DNA of 50,193 nt, the filler included, from Jimgerdemannia flammicorona (taxonomy: Eukaryota): the NCBI GenBank assembly GCA_003990765.1. It is 2 parts of 2 records of this genome, joined end to end, with 100 filler letters (N's around TTAATTAATTAA, not from the genome) between each part and the next. Parts side by side here need not be neighbours in the genome. Positions count along the whole stretch, not along the records: positions 1 to 25,052 come from RBNJ01000888.1; 1 more part is not named here. One strand, written 5' to 3'. Below, piece after piece: positions 11,407 to 20,169 of the stretch. The first letter of the stretch is position 1. Every line of letters begins with the position of its first letter. The notes under the pieces were generated by a model. It had not been told where the DNA came from and did not search any database. It saw nothing but the letters and a program-made list of their open reading frames with translations. The position numbers and the translations under genes were made by a program.

Positions 11407-12928
11407 TGTCATATAGTGGTCGCTGAGTCCTTCAAATATGCCAGATTCTCTTCAAGATGTATCTCTTAGACTACCTCAAGTTTGTTATAAGCAAGTTCTT
11501 ATTGGAGTACCTTCTCAAGGTCTTATAGTCCTCAAAATTCTTATCTTTAAACTGTCTTGTTATCTTTTAGATTACTTGCAAGAAAGTATGTGTATTGCAC
11601 TAAGTAGGCTGAATGGACTGACTTTATTTCAGAGGAAATAAGAGGAGTATTTATACAAAATATAATTCAATAGTTGCTAAGATATAAAGCTAAATATAAA
11701 TTCCAATAACTAAAATGAAATACAGGACAGGAAAAACTACTAAGTTCCAGGGTCAGTACTGATAGTTGTACAGGTTCAGGATACTGATATAATTCTAGTG
11801 ATATAGGAAAATAGTGCTGGAATAATTCAGTGTTATATCAGAATGCCAGTACTGGCATAACTCAGTATAACAAAGAACTTCAGAGTAGAATTTTCAAGAC
11901 CATAGGGGCTTCATCCTCATTGTTACTGAAGGAGATAAGATCTGCAAATTTGTTGTTATCATACATTTCGCATGCTTCAATATCACATAGGATGATGTCA
12001 TTGCTGATGATGTCATCACATTTGGCAGTGACAGGAAGGAGGTCTGGGGCTCTCCAGTCTATGAGGTTCTCTTCCACAAAATAGAGAACAAATGTGGGTT
12101 CTTGAGGAGGTCTAACCTGGATGCTTGGGCCTTAGAATACTGAGATCAATCTTTGCAGGAATTGGTCTGGGTTGTCCTGGAGGATGGGATACCAGAGGTC
12201 TTCTACTTCATCACTATTGAGAGTAATAGTAGACTGGGCTTCTGTAGCTACTCTGGTTTCTAGTGTATTGATATAGCTGGATGACAGATCTCTGAAATCT
12301 GAGACTCTAATATAATTCAAGTTAGAGATTGACTATGGTGCATGTCTGAAGATCTGATGGATCTTTTTAGCTATCCTTGCTTTACGTATATCCATGAGAG
12401 TGGCATCTTGTAACTCTTGGGGGCTGGCCTGTGGGAACTCCTGGCAGAGGAGGTTTCCTATTTCATACTCCTGCCATATTTGGAGATATTCAGTAGCAAT
12501 GGTGATCCTTGTTTCCATTTCACAGTGGTGGAGAATATAATGATAAGGATCACTAGTACCCATGTTAACACTAGGAGTCCTTTTTGAGTGAGTCCTTATG
12601 GCTCTTCTGATGTTTTGGAACATCCTTTCTTTGACTGAGATGTCTTGGTAGTTCCTTGACCTTGAGGTTTGGTGAGCAGCAGGCATTTCATTTGTGGTAA
12701 GTCTTTGAGCTATTTTGGGATTGGTGGGTCTTGTTGATTGCTGCTACTGTGGTTCCTTGATCCTTCTTTTATATTCCTCAAGATATCTGAACTGTGGTCA
12801 CAATGACTCACAGTTGGTTCTCATTGCTCATCTCATATACCATATGATCTTCTTGTACTCCAATCTGATGGCTTGTAAGGAAAGGCTGTCTCCTGTGCTG
12901 ATGTCATCATTCTAGGGTCACTGTTATA
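11407..12928 (-). repeat. Family A 3' LTR (1522 bp)
   Basis: Direct repeat of 18610-20146. PPT-like aggaggaaaa (12929-12938, minus) abuts it. TATA-like gtataaatac on minus near 11650. Confidence 0.95.
11880..12686 (-). pseudogene. U3-encoded accessory ORF of family A (3' LTR copy), unknown function
   Basis: ORFs 12333-12686, 12132-12320 and 11880-12077 share one frame, 807 nt without indels, the same length as the 5' LTR copy. Homologous to the family B U3 ORF. Confidence 0.75.
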
Positions 12929-13259
12929 TTTTCCTCCTGAATAAGAATCTTCTCAAGTGTCCTTATTCATTGGTCCAGTCCTGAAAAATTTGCTGATTCC
13001 ATAACCTCTAGTAAGGGGTCGAAAAGTGGTATTTATGGGCTGGTGTCTTCCCTATATATTTTGGTGTGATGGTGAAGAGTCACTCCCTTCATATAAAGCA
13101 AGGGCCTGATTCTGATCTTGACCAATCAGTTGATGGTTCGAACTCCTCTAGCTTTAAAAGTCTCATGGATGAGTAGTTGCTAGTAGTATATCCCTTAGAT
13201 AATGGTCCAGACAGATAGCCTACTGGTCATGAGACATGCTGTTACAATTCGCAGACTAG

Positions 13260-14400
13260 AACCTTGTGGGTGGTCATCACATTTTGCTTCTCTTGTATAG
13301 GTTTGTGATACTTCTTGAGTCTGTTTCTGTGCACCATGGTAGGCAGTATGATCCCTGAGATTTTTCTAAGCCAGAAGGTAGTTTCCTTGATATCTTGTAC
13401 ATAGAAGAGTCCTTCCCATTTGGGCTTCAGTTTTTGCAACTATGAGGCTTCTACTATATTTTGATACAGTAGGACCTTTTCTCTAATTTGGATGGATTCT
13501 AGGGTCTTATAATTCTTTTCTGCATTCTTCTTTGTCAGTGCTTGTGATTTGATAATATAATCTTCAGCCTTCTTCCTAATTTAGTGTAGTCTCTGGATTT
13601 CTGTATTAATCCATCTCCAAGTTAGGTCTAGATTTATAGCTGAGGTTCCATCAGAATCTTCTTCTCTGAAGAGCAGTTCCCTTGGGGTAAAGTGTGTACT
13701 CTGTGACCATATATCTTGTAGGACAGAGAGAGCAGTTGGGAGATAATTATCCCAATTCTCATATGTCTCTGAGATCTTCACCAGGATGTTCTTGAGAGTC
13801 TTGTTGGTTCTCTCTGTCTATCCATTTCCTTGAGGATGGTACATGGTGGTCTTGATGTGCTGGATCTTGTATTTCTGATTCATTATCTCATGGAATCCAT
13901 TGACAAATTCTATACCACAGTCTGTTGTGATTTGCTTCAGTGTCTTGTAGTAGCAGATGATTTCTTAGTACAGGAAGTCAGCTATAGAGAGGGCATTGGC
14001 TTCTTGTAATATTCCTGCTTTTATCTATTTGGTAAAGAGGTCTACAATAACTATAATATAGCAGTTTCCTAATAGTATTACTGGTAGTGGCCCAATGATA
14101 TCCATTGCAATGTGGTAGAAGGGGATAGGCTCAATTCTTGATGACCCAGGTACCTGGTCTTGCTGATCATATTTCTGTTTTTGGCACTTGTTATACTCTT
14201 TGACAAATTGGCACAGGTTTTCTTCTATCTTAGGCCACTACATGGTTCTTCTTGCCTTATTATGTATATGTATTGGTTTCTCCTAGGTATCCTTGCTCAT
14301 GTACTTCCTTCATTACTTGATAATTTTTATATTCAAGTATTACTAGCTTTCCTCCTTTTCTGAGTATAGTGTTGTCTAGTTCAAACTGTTTTTAAGTCTG
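13260..14400 (-). pseudogene. Family A integrase with GPY/F C-terminus, no chromodomain
   Basis: IAMDIIGPLP, ITTDCGIEF, MYHPQGNG..ERTNKTLK, WDNYLPTAL, KLKPKWEGLFYV..VHRNRLKKYHK. Confidence 0.9.
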
Positions 14401-14499
14401 GTTGATAATGGAGATTGTCCAGGGTTCAAGGTGGTTGGGCATCTTCTACTGCCCAAGATAGCTGATTAATCCATAGTATAACTCCTTATTCATGTTGAG

Positions 14500-15870
14500 T
14501 AATCTTGATGGAGGTGTTTCAGGGTGTCCTTGAGAGTGCATCAGCATTGGTGTTGGTTCTTCCTGAGTGGTGCTTGACAGTACAGTCATATTCTTACAAC
14601 CTGTAGATCCATCTAATATATATTCCTTTAGGGTTCAGAGTGGGGAATAGCCTGGCAAGAGCAGAATGGTCTGTTTGAATGGTGAAGTGTTTCCTGGCTA
14701 GGTAGTAGTGGAACTTGTCTACTGCCCAAACTACTGCTAAGCATTCGAGCTTGCATAACTCATAGTTCTGTTCTGCTCTACAGGTACCTCAGCTTGCATA
14801 GGAGATGACATATTCATATCCATCTTTCTTCTGAGCTAGGACTGCTCTAAGTCCTATAGCACTCACATCTGTCTGCAGGATGAATTCTAGGTTTCAATCT
14901 GGTCTTCAGAGGATAGGTACTTGGGTCAACCTGGCCTTGAGTTTATTGAAGGTTTCTTGGTGTTCCTTGGTCCATTTGAATTTGGTTTTCTTCTTCAGTA
15001 GCTCATAGATAGGTGCTGCAATATTAGAGTATCCTTTGATGAATCTTCTATAGTAGCTGGCCAGTTCAAGGAAGGCATAGACTTCTGTAGTCATTCTGGG
15101 TCTTAGGTAGGCTACAATAGCCTCAATCTTCATAGAGTCTATGTAGATTCTGGTCTAGTTGATGAGGTGTCCTAGATAGGCAATTTCTTGAGCTACAAAC
15201 TTGCATTTCTTGGGCTTGATGTAAAGGCCATGCTCCTTGAGCTTCTTGAGGGCTAGCTGTATGTGATTGACATATTCCTGTGCAGTATTGCTGAAGATAA
15301 TTACATCATCAATATAGACAAAGAGCCATTTTCCAATCTTGTTGCTGAAGACTCTATTCATCATTTGCTGGAAACTTGCTGGGGCATTATACATTCCAAA
15401 TAGCATTCACAGGTAGATATAGGTGGCATCAGATGTGATGAAGGCTGATTTCTCACTGGCATCTTAAGTGAGACCAATCTGATGGAAGCCTGAGAACAGA
15501 TCCAAGGTGGTGTAGTATTTGGCTTCACTTCCAAGAGTGGTAAGGATTTCTTGAATATTTGGCAAGGGCTGTCTATCCTTCTTGGTGATGGCATTGAGCT
15601 TCTTGTAGTCAATGCAGAGTCTTGGTACAAACTCTCCAGGCTTGCTTCCTTTCTTTGGGGTGAGGACAATAGATGAAGCCCAGGGACTAATAGCTTGCTT
15701 GATGATTCTGGCTTCTTCCATTTCCTTGAGTTTTGCTTGCAGACATTCTCTATAGGCAGGTGGTGTGGGTCTGGCTTTCTGGTAGATGGGCTTGGTATCA
15801 CCAGTGTCAACTTTGTGATAGTACTTGGATTCTTGATTGTGGATATCTCTGAAGTCTGTAGCAAGTACTC
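14500..15870 (-). pseudogene. Family A reverse transcriptase and RNase H
   Basis: SPWASSIVL..RLCIDYKKLN..LDLFSGFHQI, MLFGMYNAPASFQ..VYIDD, FILQTDVS, KLECLAVVWAV, TDHSAL, NTNADALSR. Confidence 0.95.
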
Positions 15871-16004
15871 CTTCATTCTGGTGTAGGATCTTAAGAAGTT
15901 GTTCTTCTAGGGGAAGGTTTTCTCCAATAGTATATGTATGCTTGTTCTGGTCTTTGTCTTTCTTATGTTTAAGTTCAGTAATCTTGGTGGTGGCATAGGC
16001 TCCT

Positions 16005-16400
16005 CTTCCAGTAGATCCAAAGCCTTGTTCTCCTCTCTTAGTCTTGATAAGTTCAATGGCTTCAGTGATCTTGGGTTTCTTAATTTCATGGATCAGCATC
16101 AGGCCAATCCTGTCATACTTCTTGACTTTGAATGGGGTGGTGGAGTTGTGATTCCTGATTATGAGGAAGATCTTGCCAGTGTAATCAGGGTCAATTACTC
16201 CTCCTTCAACTGAGATTTTGCTTTTGGCCAGACTGCTCCTGGTCTTGATAATTCCAGCATAGTTCTCTGGTAGCTTGACTCCAATTCCAGTGCCAAGTAG
16301 AGTGGTAATCTGTGGTTTAAGGATAGCATCTTGAATGCTGGCAAGGTCCATTCCTATGGCTCCTTCAGTCTTGTATTCTGGGGTCTTGGCTTCAGGGTGG
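16005..16400 (-). pseudogene. dut: dUTPase domain of family A pol, between protease and RT
   Basis: MDLAS, TGIGVKLPENYAGIIKTRSSLA, VEGGVIDPDYTG, YDRIGLM, RGEQGFGSTG: trimeric dUTPase motifs, in frame with RT in ORF 15464-16351. Confidence 0.92.
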
Positions 16401-16513
16401 AACTTCTTGACTTTGAGGGTGATATCTGGTTCTTGTTCTTTCTCATCATCACTGTCAGCTTGAAGCTCTGGGGGCTGGTCATCTTCTTCATGTTTCTGTT
16501 AGTGGATTTTCCT

Positions 16514-16630
16514 GACTTCACTGATACAGGACCAGCAGTCATTCAGGTATTCAGAGCAGTACATTCTAGTACCATAGAGGCATCTTCCTTGAGGGGCATA
16601 GCCATTGATAACCTTGTTGTACCACTGCTC
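16514..16630 (-). other. Conserved putative Zn-binding module (C-x-H/Y-x12-C-x2-C) in family A pol
   Basis: EQWYNKVINGYAPQGRCLYGTRMYCSEYLNDCWSCISEV aligns without gaps to family B 36055-36186. Confidence 0.65.
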
Positions 16631-16769
16631 ATCTGTGAGCTTGAGTGTCTTATTCTTATTCTTGTTCTTGTTCTTGTTCACTGAGTACATGAAGACCTCT
16701 GTGTCCTCTTCATCTCCTTCCTCCATGTCTGGTAGAACTCCTTTGTAGACATTGATAGAGACTCATACC

Positions 16770-17120
16770 TTTTTTCCTCTATAGTTGATCTGCATCTTCT
16801 GGGCATTGAGGTCAATGATGGCCTTGGCCTTGTGAGGTCATTGGTTGCCAATAAGGATGTCATAGTTGGTGGCACTTGTAACAATCACATCTACTGAGAT
16901 GGTAGCTCCTCCTATCTTGATGGGGACTTCTCAGATTTTGCCAAGGGAGGTAGCTCATATACCATCTGCTATAACATAGACCATCTTGGTGGACTCTTCA
17001 ATGTCCCAACCTAGGTGGTCAATTGCCTTCTTGCTCATAAGGTATCCTCCTACATTAGTATCAATGATGGCATCAAAGATATAGTCTTTGATCTGACATA
17101 GAGTATAGGCTGATGTCTTG
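16770..17120 (-). pseudogene. Family A aspartic protease
   Basis: AYTLCQIKDYIFDAIIDTNVGGYLMSK (decayed DTG), YVIADG, YDILIGNQ. Confidence 0.8.
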
Positions 17121-17425
17121 CAATGGTCTTCAGATTCTTTACCTGAGTTTTTGGATTCTTCCTGTACATTGTGAGCTTCTACAATATTGTACTCTTGATT
17201 CTTGACAGTAGTTGTAAGTCCTACTCTCAACTGCTGTCTGAAGACAGAGACTTTGGCTAGCTATCCAAAAGTAGCATTGACCTTCTGCTCCTTAAGATTC
17301 TTGTAGATATTATACTGGTGGATCTTGGTCTTGCACAGCTTCTGTTTCTTCTTGCTTTCACTTTTTCCTAAGACTGGAGTAGTGTCTTCAATGATTTGGC
17401 AGGCAGCTTTATCTAACTCCATGTC

Positions 17426-18553
17426 TTAATCAATCTCCTCAGGTTGAGTCTTACTTTGAATAGTGATAGCTAGGGTCTTCTTTGGTCTTCCAACTGGCTT
17501 ACTGTTGCTTTTCTTATCATAGGGCTTGGACCAAGTTCTGATACCTTCAGTAACAGGGTAGAATTTAAGCTTCTCATAGTATTCTTCATCATCAGTATTG
17601 CTAATCTCCTCAATGACTACTATATTAGTTTGTTCTCTAGTTCTACTAGCATTGCTTGGTTGGGCTTTGTGTCTTGTTTCGATTATGTAATTCTTTACAT
17701 AGTGACCTTCTTCTCCACATCTGAAGCATGTGATATTGCATTCTTCTATAGCAGCTACAAATCTCTGCACTGGTCTCCTGTTGGCACTTTGGACTTCTCT
17801 AACAACATTACAAAGGTATGCAGTCATCTCAGCAAACTGCTTGGTAAGTTCCTCCACTGGGTCAGCTTTGGCTGCCTTGGGGGTAGGTGGAGTTGGTTGT
17901 CTGTTTACAACTGTAGCAGGTATGATACTAGTTGGCTTTGATGGCTCCATCTTGATGCCAGTTATTTTTTCCATTGAGTGTTTGGCAGGGTGTCTGGCAG
18001 TCCAATATCTCTGTATAAAGACCACTTTCTGATCAAGGGTCAGTACAGCTGGGGTAGACTGGATTGCTAGGGCAATTTCAGGGTAAACTCCTTTAAGGAA
18101 GGTTGAATCTGCTATTTGTTCCTTGAGGGCATCATCATAGCCAGCCAAGACAATCTGGTGGCAGATTTAGGTATAGAATGAGTTGAGATCTTCACTAAGT
18201 CCCTGGCAGATAGTTTTGAGTTGATCCTTGAAAGCTTGCTTGATCTCTTCAGTATAGTATATTGTTCTGAGGAGGCCTTCATGTTGGCAAGTTTGGCTGT
18301 ACCATTATCAGTAATAGTAGCTATATTGAACTTGTCTCTGGCAGATCCTCTGAGGCTGACTGGTAGAAGGGCTAATTGTACATCCACACCAAGGGCTTGT
18401 ATGGTAGTAAATTGTTCAAAGTCTTCAATGAAGGTCAGGATTGACTCTTCAGTAGTATATCTATAGAATGTGGAGAGATATATTTTTATCTTGTCTTGAA
18501 TTCTTGCAGGGGTGACACTTGTAGTCAGAGTAGTTATTGTGGGGGTTATTCAT
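17426..18553 (-). pseudogene. Family A gag with CCHC zinc knuckle
   Basis: ATG at 18553 just after the PBS; FLKGVYPEI; CFRCGEEGHYVKNY (final Cys mutated to Tyr). Confidence 0.85.
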
Positions 18554-18591
18554 TTTTCAGCTTAAAAGTGAGGGATTCATCTTGAATCACC

Positions 18592-18609
18592 AGCCAATGG
18601 GCACCAAGT
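18592..18609 (-). promoter_or_regulatory. Family A primer-binding site (TGGTGCCCATTGG; tRNA unassigned)
   Basis: TGG (complement of tRNA CCA) 3 nt after the 5' LTR end. Confidence 0.7.
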
Positions 18610-20146
18610 TGTTACATAGTGGTTGCTGAGTCTTTCAAATATATCAGATTCTCTTCAAGGTATATCTCTTAGACTAACTCAAGTTTGTTATAAGCAATTT
18701 CTTATTGGAGTGCCTTCCCAAGGTCTTATAGTCCTCAAACTTCTTATTTTTAAACTGTCTTATTATCTTTTAGATTGCTTGCAAGAAAGTATGTGTATTG
18801 CACTGAGTAGGCTGAATGGACTGACTTTATTTCAGAGGAAATAAGAGGAGTATTTATACAAAATATAATTCAATGGTTGCTAAGATATAAAGCTAAATAT
18901 AAATTCCAATAACTAAAATGAAATGCCAGGACAGGAAAACTGCTAAGTTCCAGGGTTGGCACTGATGGTTGTACAGATTCAGGATGCTGGTATAATTCTG
19001 GTAGTATAGGAAAATGGTGCTGGAATAATTCAGTATTACATCAGAATACCAGTGCTGATATAACTCAGTATAACCAAAGAACTTTAGAGCAGAATATTCA
19101 AGACCATAGGGGCTTCATCCTTGTTATCACTGAAGAAGATGGAATCTGTGAATTCATCATCATTGCACATTTTGCATGCTTCCATATCGCATGGGATAAC
19201 ATCATCACCAATGATGTCATCACATTCAGCAGTGGCAGGAAGGAGGTCTGGAGCTCTCCAGTCTATGAGGTTCTCTTCCACAAAATAGGGAACAAATGTG
19301 GGGTCTTGGGGAGATCTAATCTGGATGCTTGGGCCTTAGAATACTGAGATCAATCTTTGCAGGAATTGGTCTGGGTTGTTCTGGAGAATGGGATGCCAGA
19401 AGTCTTCTACTTCATCACTATTGAGAGTGATAGTGGACTGGGCTTCTGTAGCTACTCTAGTTTCTAGTACATTGATATGGCAGGATGACAGGTCTCTAAA
19501 ATCTGAGACTCTAATATACTTCAAGTTGGAGATTGACCATGATGTATGCCTGAAGATCTGATGGATCTTCTTAGCTGTCCTTACTTCACATATATCTATG
19601 GAAGTGGCATCTTGTAACTCTTGAGGGCTGGCCTGTGGGAACTCCCAGCAGGGGAGGTTTCCTATTTTATACTTCTGCCATATTTGGAGGCATTTGGTAG
19701 CAATGGTGATTCTTGTTTCCATTTAATGATGGTAGAGAATATAGTGATAAGGGTCACTAGTACCTAGATTGGCACTAGGAGTTCTTCTTATGTGGGTCCT
19801 CATGGCTCTTCTGATGTCTTGAAACATCCTTTCCTCAACTGAGGTACCTTGGTAGTTCCTTGACCTTGAGGTTTGGCAAGCAGTAGGCATTTCATTTATA
19901 GTAAGTCTTTGAGCTATTTTGGGATTGGTGAGTCTTGTTGGTTGCTGCTACTGCAGTTCCTTGATCCTTCTTTTATATTCCTCAAGATATCTGAACTGTG
20001 GTCACAATGACTCACAGTTGGTCATCATTACTCATCTCATAGCCTGAGTGAGTCATGCTGTATGATCTTCCTGTACTCTGATCTGGTGGCTTATAAGGGA
20101 TTGCTGTCTTCTGTGCTGATGTCATTATTCTGAGGTCACTGTTACA
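18610..20146 (-). repeat. Family A 5' LTR (1537 bp)
   Basis: tgttaca..tgttaca ends; direct repeat of 11407-12928; followed on minus by the PBS. Confidence 0.95.
19084..19890 (-). pseudogene. U3-encoded accessory ORF of family A (5' LTR copy)
   Basis: Includes ORFs 19336-19722 and 19084-19281 in one frame; 807 nt. Confidence 0.75.
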
Positions 20147-20169
20147 GTATATAAGTTAATGGACTTAGC

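Larger units (their letters stand above)
11407..20146 (-). mobile_element. Full-length Ty3/Gypsy LTR retrotransposon, family A (non-chromoviral; gag-PR-ZnF-dUTPase-RT-RH-IN), decayed
   Basis: Two ~1.5 kb direct repeats with TG..CA-type ends, PBS, PPT and the Gypsy domain order. Candidate 4-bp TSD atac/gtat, each one transition from GTAC. Confidence 0.95.
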
